Notes under the pieces: generated by a model | Told to the model about the DNA's origin: nothing | Seen by the model: only the letters and a program-made list of their open reading frames with translations | Database searches by the model: none | Source: an uncultured Lentisphaera sp. | GTDB taxonomy: Bacteria; Verrucomicrobiota; Lentisphaeria; Victivallales; GWF2-50-93 | Assembly: GCA_964426675.1 (NCBI GenBank) | Contig: CAYRRM010000014.1 | Span: 922 to 64,921, forward strand | Length of the DNA stretch: 64,000 bases | Direction: 5' to 3' | Translations under genes and position numbers: made by a program | Part shown: in pieces, positions 55,843-64,000 of the stretch | Numbering within the stretch: position 1 is the stretch's first letter | Layout of the letters: each line of letters opens with the position of its first letter

Positions 55843-58197
55843 ATGATGATTCTAAGAACAATATTGTGGATAGGAGGATTTATGATTTGTAGCTATTCCG
55901 TAGGTCTTTTAGCAGGCGAAGGTTTTGTTTTTAATTCGGGAGATGTATTTCCTGAATTAAATCTTATTCAAGAAATAGATTGTTCTTTAGATAATTCCGA
56001 TCTTGAATTCAAGGAATTTCCACTTTCCGCAACGGAAATCCAAGAAATATCCGGAATAAAATGTCGTGTTCTGAAAAAATCTGATAGTTGTAGTTATTTT
56101 GCTTATCGTATTGGTAGAGGTAAAGGGTTGAAAGCAGGTGCTCCATATGTCTTAAATATAGAATTTCCAGACGACCTTCCAAGAGCTTATTTTATTTGTA
56201 ATTGGGGTTTTGAAACTGTTGCAGGTTTTCATACAGGGGCAACTGTTGGTGATGCATTAAATGGGAGGTATACAAATAGTTCTCCGGAGTCATTACAAAT
56301 TCCGCAAAGCGGTAAATTTCTTCAATGGAAACAGTATTTTCACTTATATGACAGATTTCCTGACATCAAGCGAGCGAGAGGGCTTGCAGAACGGCCTTTT
56401 ACTCCAGAAGATGGCTTCTGGGTTATAGTAGCCCAGCTACAAAATTTTAATGATCCTCTTTCCAATGGTGCAGCTGTGTCAAAAATACGTCTTTATGAGG
56501 TTGCGAATCCGGAAAAGATACGTTTAAAAATAAATTATCCTCCAGAGCCTCTACCTAAAAGATACATATTTTTTAGAGAGGAAATGGCCGATGGCGTCAT
56601 CGCATACGGTCATAAGCCAGAGGAAAAAAAAGAAGAATTAAGAGGACTAAAAGATAGAGTGAAATTCTATGAGTATAAAATTAATCAAATGAAAATGTTG
56701 GGAATTAATACATTTTGTAAAGATCTGCTTGAATTTGGACATAATCAAGGTTGGGATAGCTCAAAATATGGAGGTAGTGCATGGTATAATCAGTCAAGTG
56801 ATCCTTCTTTTTGGGAACGTATAATAAACATGATATCTTTAACACATAAAGATTTGTTTATATTACCTTATTATGAATATGCAGGTAGTATCGGACAGGA
56901 CGAAAAATTGGCAATAGGTAGGCAACGCAGATGCAAAAACCTCCAGGGAGAAAATGATTATACCCATATAAAATGGGTACATAAAACTAATGCTGATATA
57001 TGTGACCCAGATTTTATAGAAGATGCTTCAAAAGTTCTTGAACTAACCATGACACAATATAAAGATAAAGTTAATTTTATCGGAGCATGGTTCAGACCAA
57101 GACCAGAAGCCAACCCAATAAGTTTTAATGAAAAAGACTTGGAACTTTTTTCAAAAGAAACAAAAGGTGGAAAAAAAGTTTCAAGAACAGATTTACAAGG
57201 GAATAAGAAATTACTTGAGGATTACTATACATGGTGGTACAGGAAAAGGCGCAACTTCAATATTGCCATCAGGGATTACCTGCGGAAAAATGTATCCCCC
57301 GATGCTATATTACTTTATACTTGTGATGCTAGTGAAAGCGGTTATTGCCTGCAATTCGAGAAAAAAGAAATTAAAAATATTTTGTGGAAATGGAACAGAG
57401 TAGTGGTTACAGATAATACTGAAAACTGGGAAAACATTCTTGCAGATTTGGATAGAAAAAAATTCTCAGGATTTGGAGCTATTTCATATGACTTTGTAAT
57501 AAAAAATAATCTCTACCTCGATGCATTACTTCAACCCCATCTAACATGGGGAAAATACGAATGGCAACATGCATGTCCAACAAATGATCAACAGAATTAT
57601 AAGAATGTCGATGGTGTTATGCTTACATATACCTTTAATAAACTTTTTACAGTATCATCTGAAAAACCTTTTAATGAATTCAAAACAAAAAGTGGGCTTG
57701 CTATCGTTCGTCATTATTTCCTTAATGAAAACGAAATGGTGAATGATGGCGAAGACATTTTGGGGTATTTTGTGGCTGATGTTGAAAGAGCAGGGCCTTA
57801 TTCAATGTTAGCTGAAGCACGGGCATTTGCAAATGGTGATCCACGTTATATTGGCTATCTTTATGGTAATAGTTTTTCAAGAGGTTTTCCTGAATATGTT
57901 AGGGAATTTAATGCAGCATTTCTTTCCTTACCTGCCCTCCCAAGTAAAAAAATAAATGGAGCCTGTAATGATAACGAGATCGTTGTTAGAGCTATAAATG
58001 CAAATGAACACGGAATGTATCTGGGAATAGTCAATACGTCTCTAAATTATAAACAAAATATCGAGATTAATTTGTATCAGAAAAAAAACTTTAAAGCTTT
58101 TAATACAGTAACAGGTAAGGAAATTGAAACAAATGATGGGAAGTTATTCTTTAAAAATATGTATCCAGGTCAACTAATATCAATAAATATAAAATAA
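55843..58197 (+). CDS. Secreted protein of unknown function (candidate carbohydrate-active enzyme by context)
   Basis: 784 aa. GAGGAG Shine-Dalgarno and a signal peptide. No family motif recognised. Followed 8 nt later by the GH94-like gene. Confidence 0.5.
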   Translation: MMILRTILWIGGFMICSYSVGLLAGEGFVFNSGDVFPELNLIQEIDCSLDNSDLEFKEFPLSATEIQEISGIKCRVLKKSDSCSYFAYRIGRGKGLKAGAPYVLNIEFPDDLPRAYFICNWGFETVAGFHTGATVGDALNGRYTNSSPESLQIPQSGKFLQWKQYFHLYDRFPDIKRARGLAERPFTPEDGFWVIVAQLQNFNDPLSNGAAVSKIRLYEVANPEKIRLKINYPPEPLPKRYIFFREEMADGVIAYGHKPEEKKEELRGLKDRVKFYEYKINQMKMLGINTFCKDLLEFGHNQGWDSSKYGGSAWYNQSSDPSFWERIINMISLTHKDLFILPYYEYAGSIGQDEKLAIGRQRRCKNLQGENDYTHIKWVHKTNADICDPDFIEDASKVLELTMTQYKDKVNFIGAWFRPRPEANPISFNEKDLELFSKETKGGKKVSRTDLQGNKKLLEDYYTWWYRKRRNFNIAIRDYLRKNVSPDAILLYTCDASESGYCLQFEKKEIKNILWKWNRVVVTDNTENWENILADLDRKKFSGFGAISYDFVIKNNLYLDALLQPHLTWGKYEWQHACPTNDQQNYKNVDGVMLTYTFNKLFTVSSEKPFNEFKTKSGLAIVRHYFLNENEMVNDGEDILGYFVADVERAGPYSMLAEARAFANGDPRYIGYLYGNSFSRGFPEYVREFNAAFLSLPALPSKKINGACNDNEIVVRAINANEHGMYLGIVNTSLNYKQNIEINLYQKKNFKAFNTVTGKEIETNDGKLFFKNMYPGQLISINIK

Positions 58198-58205
58198 AAA
58201 ATAGT

Positions 58206-60527
58206 ATGGCAAAATTTTTAAAAACAAGTTTTGGCGGTTTTCAGTTAGATGGCCGTGAGTTCGTGATAACAGAAAAAGAAACACCACGAGCATTGGTAAA
58301 CTACATGTGGAATGAAAAATTTATTTCCTCTGTAAGCCAACACGGAGCAGGAGAGGGAGCGTATAAGGAAAGAGCTGCCCAGTATATAGACCGTAGAGGT
58401 AGAAATATACTTATAAAGAATGGTAGAAGATATTTTTATATCAAAGACTCTTTATCAGGTGATTATTGGTCTCCCGGTTGGCACCCAGCCCAAAAAAAAG
58501 TCTCAAAGTTTAGATGTGTAAATGGACCGGGATATTCAATAATATCATCCGAGAGAAAAAAGATTTTCACGCAAATGAGAGTTTTTGTTCCACCAGATTT
58601 TCCTTGTGAAATATGGACTATTACCTTGCGAAATTCGCAAAATCATGAAACCGAATTAAAATTCTACTCTTATGTGGAATTTGCACTTGATGGTTATCAA
58701 CGTTATTGTGACTACTTTGGAATGTTACATGGGGAATATTATCCTGATATTAATGCTGCTCAAGGGTGTAATCGTGCAATAGAAAGAACACATGAATTTT
58801 TTGACGGATTTATTGCTTCGAATATAAAACCAAGCGGTTTCGAAACCTCGCGCGATGCCTTCGTAGGATATTGGGGACATTATGATTATCCACTTGCTCT
58901 GAAAAGAGGTTTCCTTACAAATAGCCTTGCCTCATGCGAATATCTTGCCGGTGCTCTTGAACACAGCATTAAACTTCTTCCAGGAGAAGAAAAATCATTT
59001 AACGTATTTATTGGGGCATCAAGTGGTTATGAGATGACACGTGATATTGTTACTTCACTTTCAAAGGATCTCGCTGTGGATGAACAATATGCGAAACTCG
59101 CAAAATTAAAAGATGAAGCTATCAGAAAAATTACTATAAAAACACCAGATAAAAGAGTAGATTATCTCATAAATGTGTGGATAAAACAACAGATGCAGGT
59201 TTATGCGGATGTTGGCAGTGATAATGGCAGAGGTTTTCGCGATGCAATGCAAATGCTATGGGCAACTGCTTCATACGATCTACAATACACAAAAAGAATG
59301 ATAATAGAATGCCTTGAGCACCAGTTCGCAGATGGTCACACTTTGAGAGGTTGGTTACCAATAGACGATCACCATTACTGTGATGGGCCTGTTTGGATTG
59401 CCCCTGTAATTGATGCCTATTTGAAAGAAAGCGGAGATATTGAATTTCTTAATCATAAAGTTAAATACTTTGATAAAGGCATTGGAACTATATGGGAACA
59501 TCTTGAAAGAGGAACCTTGCATCTGACTGAAGATATTGGAGAGCATGGACTTACAAAATGCCATTTCGGAGATTGGAATGATTCGCTTACAGGTGTTGGT
59601 ATTAACGGCAAGGGAGAATCCGTATGGGCCTCAATTGCCGCGGTTTTTAGTTTGAAAATTGCCGCAGATATTTCAAATCGCGTTTTAAATGATAGTATTA
59701 AAACACAGAATTTTTTAGAAAAAGCTGAAAAAATGACTCAGGCAATCAATACCCATGCTTGGGACGGAGAGTGGTATTTAAGAGCAATAAATGATTATGG
59801 AGAAAAAATAGGAACAAAAAATGAAAAAGAAGGTAAAATTTATCTTTTGCCACAAGTTTGGGCTATTATGGCTGGAGTTGCAGATGAAGAAAGAAAGAAA
59901 ATAATTTTAAAAGCCGTAGATGAATATCTTGAAACAGATTGTGGAAGTCGCGTCCAGTTCCCTCCATATACAAAACCCAATTTAAGAATAGGTAGAATAA
60001 CATTACTTGTTCCAGGAATATGGGAAAATGGCACAGCTTATTGCCATGCAAACTCATTTAAAGTAGTGGCAGATTGTTACGCAGGAAGGGGAGATATAGC
60101 CTATAGGTCTTTTAAAAAAGCAATGCCTGATAGCCAGTGGAATCCATCAACTCATTCAGGTTGCGAACCGTATGTTATGACAAACCAATTCCTCGGACCC
60201 GAAAATAGACGCGCAGGGAAAAGTCTCTGGGCATGGATGACCGGTTCCGCTAGTTGGTATTTTCGTGCAATGACTCAGTGGATATTAGGTGTTCGGCCAG
60301 ATTTTGATGGGCTCTTGATCGATCCTTGTTTGCCATCAGCATGGAAAAATTGTAGACTTGAGCGGGATTTCAGAGGCGCAAGATATGTTATCGAAATTAA
60401 AAATCCACATGCTTTGCAAAAGGGTAGATTACGTATTATAGTGGATGGACATGAAATTGCTGGGAATAAAATTGTGATTTTCGCAGATGGTAAAATACAC
60501 AATGTAAAAGCTGTTCTATCTTCTTAA
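58206..60527 (+). CDS. GH94-like glycoside phosphorylase (cellobiose/chitobiose phosphorylase family)
   Basis: 773 aa, cytoplasmic. GRGFRDAMQ and CHFGDWNDSL correspond to the GH94 R-D and D-W-N-D catalytic-centre motifs. Six-hairpin region with C-terminal beta domain. Confidence 0.7.
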   Translation: MAKFLKTSFGGFQLDGREFVITEKETPRALVNYMWNEKFISSVSQHGAGEGAYKERAAQYIDRRGRNILIKNGRRYFYIKDSLSGDYWSPGWHPAQKKVSKFRCVNGPGYSIISSERKKIFTQMRVFVPPDFPCEIWTITLRNSQNHETELKFYSYVEFALDGYQRYCDYFGMLHGEYYPDINAAQGCNRAIERTHEFFDGFIASNIKPSGFETSRDAFVGYWGHYDYPLALKRGFLTNSLASCEYLAGALEHSIKLLPGEEKSFNVFIGASSGYEMTRDIVTSLSKDLAVDEQYAKLAKLKDEAIRKITIKTPDKRVDYLINVWIKQQMQVYADVGSDNGRGFRDAMQMLWATASYDLQYTKRMIIECLEHQFADGHTLRGWLPIDDHHYCDGPVWIAPVIDAYLKESGDIEFLNHKVKYFDKGIGTIWEHLERGTLHLTEDIGEHGLTKCHFGDWNDSLTGVGINGKGESVWASIAAVFSLKIAADISNRVLNDSIKTQNFLEKAEKMTQAINTHAWDGEWYLRAINDYGEKIGTKNEKEGKIYLLPQVWAIMAGVADEERKKIILKAVDEYLETDCGSRVQFPPYTKPNLRIGRITLLVPGIWENGTAYCHANSFKVVADCYAGRGDIAYRSFKKAMPDSQWNPSTHSGCEPYVMTNQFLGPENRRAGKSLWAWMTGSASWYFRAMTQWILGVRPDFDGLLIDPCLPSAWKNCRLERDFRGARYVIEIKNPHALQKGRLRIIVDGHEIAGNKIVIFADGKIHNVKAVLSS
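58627..58639. repeat. Iterated palindrome TGCGA-N3-TCGCA copy
   Basis: TGCGAAATTCGCA in the GH94-like gene (+), third frame: TTG CGA AAT TCG CAA = LRNSQ. Confidence 0.95.
59090..59102. repeat. Iterated palindrome TGCGA-N3-TCGCA copy
   Basis: TGCGAAACTCGCA in the GH94-like gene (+). AKLA. Confidence 0.95.
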
Positions 60528-60529
60528 AA

Positions 60530-61528
60530 ATGAATACATTAACCGAAAATAAAATTCATCTACATAAAAAGTTTTGGCAAAAAAAACTTGATAAGGCAAT
60601 GAAAGGGATTTTTTCAAATTATACAGAACCATATCAATTTCCTGCTATTGACATTGAATTAAGTTCAGAGGATATTTTCAGGAAAAATCTTTTCCGAATT
60701 GCCAATTTTTCTGAAGAAGATGATAGAATCGCATCTTTTCTTGTAAATTTCGGCCCTTCATTTTTGCCTGCTCTTGCTGGCGCAAAGTTTGAATGGGATA
60801 AAAATACAAGTTGGGCGCATCCAATCGAATTTACAAATATAACAGAGTTAAAAATAGAAAATTTTAATCCAGAAACAAAACTTTGGCAGTTTTATGAGGA
60901 AAAATTTTTAACAATTCAGGAAAGAAATACAGATTGGATGATGTCAATATGCGATATGGTTGGTCCTTTTGATATTCTTGCTGGAATAATAGGAACTGAA
61001 AGATTGTGTATAGAAATGTTTGAAAATCCAGATGAGGTAAAAAGACTTGCTTCAGAGGCTGTAAAATTCTGGCTTCAGGTTTATGAGAAACAATATTCTA
61101 TTTTACAAGAAAAACACGGAACCACTGATGTATTTGGATTGTATATGCCAGGTAAAGGCGCAAGATGGTCGGAAGATTTCATTGCCCTTATTAGTCCTGA
61201 AATGTATGAAGAATTCGTTTTCGAATGTGATATAGAACTTGCAAAATCATTGGATACTTCGTATATTCATGTTCATAGCGCTGCCCTATCAAGCATTGAT
61301 ATAATATCGAAAAATCCGTATTTAAGTGGAATAGAAATATCAAATGACCCCAATGGACCAGAACTTGAAGAACTAATAAAAGTTGGGAAAAAAGTCGTAG
61401 ATTCAGGAAAGAGTTTGATGATGTCAAATTGGCAGAAGGACTTATCAATAAAAGAAATAGAATCTATTTTTAATTCAATACCGAATCATTCATTAATAGT
61501 AACATATGAGATTCCTAAAAAAAATTAA
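60530..61528 (+). CDS. Hypothetical cytoplasmic protein (possibly URO-D/methyltransferase-like TIM barrel)
   Basis: 332 aa, starting 2 nt after the phosphorylase stop. The family assignment is a weak impression only. Confidence 0.35.
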   Translation: MNTLTENKIHLHKKFWQKKLDKAMKGIFSNYTEPYQFPAIDIELSSEDIFRKNLFRIANFSEEDDRIASFLVNFGPSFLPALAGAKFEWDKNTSWAHPIEFTNITELKIENFNPETKLWQFYEEKFLTIQERNTDWMMSICDMVGPFDILAGIIGTERLCIEMFENPDEVKRLASEAVKFWLQVYEKQYSILQEKHGTTDVFGLYMPGKGARWSEDFIALISPEMYEEFVFECDIELAKSLDTSYIHVHSAALSSIDIISKNPYLSGIEISNDPNGPELEELIKVGKKVVDSGKSLMMSNWQKDLSIKEIESIFNSIPNHSLIVTYEIPKKN

Positions 61529-61554
61529 CATATAAAATAAAATGTGAGGAAAAA

Positions 61555-64000
61555 ATGAAAAGGAAATTCCTAAAGGTTATTATGGGACTCTTTTTGAGCG
61601 CAACTACATTGATAATTGCTGCTGATGCTCAGATTGTAACTAAAACTGTTTACGATGGGAATAATCTCTGGAATGTAGGTCCATGGAATAAAGCAAAGGG
61701 AAAAACATTTCTTGTTTCTGATCAGGAGGCTAAAAATGGGAAAGCCCTTAAAATAGAAACTCAATTTTCAGGAAAAGATTTTGAATTTGCTGGATACGAT
61801 CTTTCTCCTGAAATAATTATTCCAGGGAAAACAAAAAAAATATTTGTCAGAGCAAAATCAGATGATCCAGGTTATGCCTTCATCTTAAATGTAAAAGATG
61901 GCTGGGGACGTGGGGGAAAAGAGTTTGAAAAGCCATTGAAATTATCATCACAATACCAAGATCTTGAAATTAACATTCCAGATAATTGGGTACAACCAAT
62001 TACAATTATAGGAATCAGTACTCATAATTGGGGAAAACAAAATCAGCAGAAAAGTGTAAATTTCTGGATTGATGAGATAAGAGTTCAAACAGACATTTCA
62101 GAGGTTGATGCTTCCACAGGAGTTTTAAAATCATGGACTCCTGATCCAAACCCAAAAGAACCCGAAAAAAGCTATAAAGAATGTCCAAAAGTAGCTATGG
62201 TATCCGTTGAGCTTTCTCCTTCTGTTCCATATGGGGTATTTTCTGGAGAGGAACCAGCAATAGTTCTTTCTTTAAAAAATTGGTTGCTTAATCCTCTTAA
62301 AGGAACTCTTATTTTGCAAGTATCTGATTATGAGGGAAAAGTAGCTTCTCCTCCACAGAAAAAAGATGTTTCAACTGATAGCCTTTCAAATATTGTAATA
62401 CCAATTCCAGTGAAAAAATTTGGACTTTACAATATAAAGACTGAACTAAAACTTTCAGATGGAAAAACCATAGTGAAAGAAATGAAAGTCGCAAAATTGC
62501 CCCCTGTGCATAAACTTACCAGAGAACAAAAAATAGCATCTCCTTATGGAATAAATGTTCACAGCGGTGGAAAAATAGTATTAGAACCTTTTATGAAAGC
62601 CGGTATAGTCTGGTTCAGAGAATATGCCTTTGCCTACGATTGGTTACTCAAAGCTAAAGGAGATGATAAAAAATATAATGGCTGGCCATACTTTCCTAAA
62701 ATTGCTCAAGCTTATAGAGATTTAGGCGCAATGGTTTTACCAGTCTTGCAAAAATCAATAAAAGCACCAAAAGTTGAGAATGGAAAAATAGTAGGGGAGC
62801 TTGGTCCAGATGCGACGTGGAAAAAAGAAATAGCAGATATTATTCAGGCTTTTCCTGATTTCCAATTCTGGGAGCTGTCAAATGAATATGATCTCGACGC
62901 TAATAATCGTCGCGCAGAAGAACTTTGCGGATGGAAAAATTATCAGCTTTATCATGAGAGCTTTGCAAATGTTCTCAAAGCTCTTGAGGTTTTAGGAAGC
63001 GGACCATATTATGCGATTGAAAATGGACGGGCAGGTATCTGGCCTGAATTATTGAAAGATTGTATTACAAGTGGTCACTTCGCAAATATTTATGCAGTAA
63101 ACTCTCATCATTATTGCGGTGTTGATGCGCCAGAAAAAAATTTCAGTAATGCAAATATGAATACTGTGGGAGCACGATATTTCTTTGATGAACTCAGAGA
63201 GCAAAAACGTGTTGCCTCCGCCGATGGAAAAAAAAGACAGTCGTGGTTCACTGAATTTGGATGGGATATATTAGCCGGCAGAATCGTAACACCGTATGAA
63301 CAGGCTGTATATTTACCACGCGCATGGATGCTTCAAATGGCTGCTGGGACAGATAAGTGTTTCTGGTTCTATAACTTTGATTCTCCAGAGCCCAAAGTAT
63401 TTTTTGATGGAATGGGCTTACTTGATGCAAAAGGAGAACCTAAAGCAAATTTATGTACACTTGCAGCTTTAACTTATCTTATGCCATTACCAAAATATGT
63501 CGGTAGCATAAATGCCGGAAACGATAATACTCATGGATATGTGTTCGAAGATAATGGAAAATTAATTGCTTCTCTCTATACAATAAAAGGCGATAACGGA
63601 CCAGAAGTCTCATTTAAAGATGGAAAATTGTTTGATTGGTTCGCAAATCCAATAAATGGGATGAAAGTAAAACTAACAATGGCTCCAGTTTATCTAGTAG
63701 GACTTTCAAAAGAAGATCCCTTCTACCTCCAAACAGCTTATGAAGTTGAAACACCTCATTTAATGTCTTTATGCCCGGCTGAAAAGTCAGAAGTGATAGT
63801 AAGAGTAAATAATAATAGAAACGCTCCAATCTCAGGACAAATATCAATCGTAACACCAGCAGGTTGGGAAAGTTCAACAGGGAATTTTGAAAATCTATCC
63901 CCAGGAAAGTCAGAAGATGTAAAATTGTGGATAAAAGTTCCAAATAAGCAAAAACTTGGCGAAACTTCTTTCTCCGTAATTTGTAAAGAAAATGAAAAAC
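61555..64000 (+). CDS. Secreted clan GH-A TIM-barrel glycoside hydrolase with N-terminal CBM-like module; 3' end lies beyond the window
   Basis: Not in the track (open at the window edge). My translation from ATG 61555 (GAGGAAAAA upstream) is stop-free to 64000. Signal peptide MKRKFLKVIMGLFLSATTLIIAA, acid/base FWELSNEYD and nucleophile WFTEFGWD. Confidence 0.7.
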   Translation, partial: MKRKFLKVIMGLFLSATTLIIAADAQIVTKTVYDGNNLWNVGPWNKAKGKTFLVSDQEAKNGKALKIETQFSGKDFEFAGYDLSPEIIIPGKTKKIFVRAKSDDPGYAFILNVKDGWGRGGKEFEKPLKLSSQYQDLEINIPDNWVQPITIIGISTHNWGKQNQQKSVNFWIDEIRVQTDISEVDASTGVLKSWTPDPNPKEPEKSYKECPKVAMVSVELSPSVPYGVFSGEEPAIVLSLKNWLLNPLKGTLILQVSDYEGKVASPPQKKDVSTDSLSNIVIPIPVKKFGLYNIKTELKLSDGKTIVKEMKVAKLPPVHKLTREQKIASPYGINVHSGGKIVLEPFMKAGIVWFREYAFAYDWLLKAKGDDKKYNGWPYFPKIAQAYRDLGAMVLPVLQKSIKAPKVENGKIVGELGPDATWKKEIADIIQAFPDFQFWELSNEYDLDANNRRAEELCGWKNYQLYHESFANVLKALEVLGSGPYYAIENGRAGIWPELLKDCITSGHFANIYAVNSHHYCGVDAPEKNFSNANMNTVGARYFFDELREQKRVASADGKKRQSWFTEFGWDILAGRIVTPYEQAVYLPRAWMLQMAAGTDKCFWFYNFDSPEPKVFFDGMGLLDAKGEPKANLCTLAALTYLMPLPKYVGSINAGNDNTHGYVFEDNGKLIASLYTIKGDNGPEVSFKDGKLFDWFANPINGMKVKLTMAPVYLVGLSKEDPFYLQTAYEVETPHLMSLCPAEKSEVIVRVNNNRNAPISGQISIVTPAGWESSTGNFENLSPGKSEDVKLWIKVPNKQKLGETSFSVICKENEK

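Noticed and set aside
1538-63943. Dozens of 60-135-aa track ORFs lying antisense to, or out of frame within, the large genes (e.g. 2189..2536+, 5403..5759-, 14459..14815-, 18336..18743+, 25746..26153-, 31748..32107-, 53537..53905-).
   Set aside because: Each is fully nested in a longer ORF with clear family motifs. Their sequences are low-complexity (F/L/I/S/K-rich), as expected from AT-rich shadow frames, and they have no Shine-Dalgarno sequences.
1-64000. CRISPR arrays, long tandem or dispersed repeats, rRNA, prophage or toxin-antitoxin/defence gene signatures.
   Set aside because: I saw no regularly spaced direct repeats of 20 nt or more, and no nuclease, helicase or ATPase defence-type genes. 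Apart from the 13-bp palindrome, no repeated element was noticed by eye. An exhaustive repeat search was not possible.

Overview
AT-rich bacterial chromosome segment (my impression is about one-third G+C; not computed) with tightly packed, often overlapping genes. I count about 41 protein-coding genes (two truncated by the window edges) and two tRNAs. I saw no rRNA, CRISPR array, intact transposase, integrase or phage genes. 1-15.4 kb: amino-sugar/polysaccharide genes (CapD/PglF-like dehydratase, DegT aminotransferase), a GGQ release-factor-domain protein, a 2046-aa thioester alpha-2-macroglobulin lipoprotein, a sigma-54 response regulator, a 708-aa GreA-family factor, a metallophosphoesterase and an Fe-ADH. 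15.6-28.5 kb: tRNA-Ser, an AraC regulator next to a four-domain CoA-disulfide-reductase/rhodanese/TusA/DsrE fusion, guaA, a TPR-ExbB-ExbD operon, cca, mntP and DUF190-crcB. 28.7-64 kb: mostly carbohydrate-active loci. These include two GH2-type enzymes (one a 1721-aa giant), a GT-C membrane protein, two GH78-type rhamnosidase-family proteins, a GH94-like phosphorylase, clan GH-A TIM-barrel hydrolases, a GntR/sugar-binding regulator and a DUF1559 H-X9-DG prepilin-like protein. They are interrupted by fabD-fabG, an alkaline phosphatase, tRNA(CAT) and an SDR. The gene content suggests a PVC-superphylum organism (Lentisphaerota/Verrucomicrobiota/Planctomycetota-like), which is inference only. The most unusual signal is a 13-bp palindrome, TGCGA-N3-TCGCA. 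It occurs in 21 perfect copies plus near-variants, all inside genes on both strands and far above chance, resembling the HIP1 highly iterated palindrome. Other items: a gene split by a single in-frame TAG, a 0.9-kb non-coding gap with possible gene relics and a mini-ORF, a GC-rich structured island next to tRNA-Ser, and a pseudopilin-linked glycan-utilisation locus.
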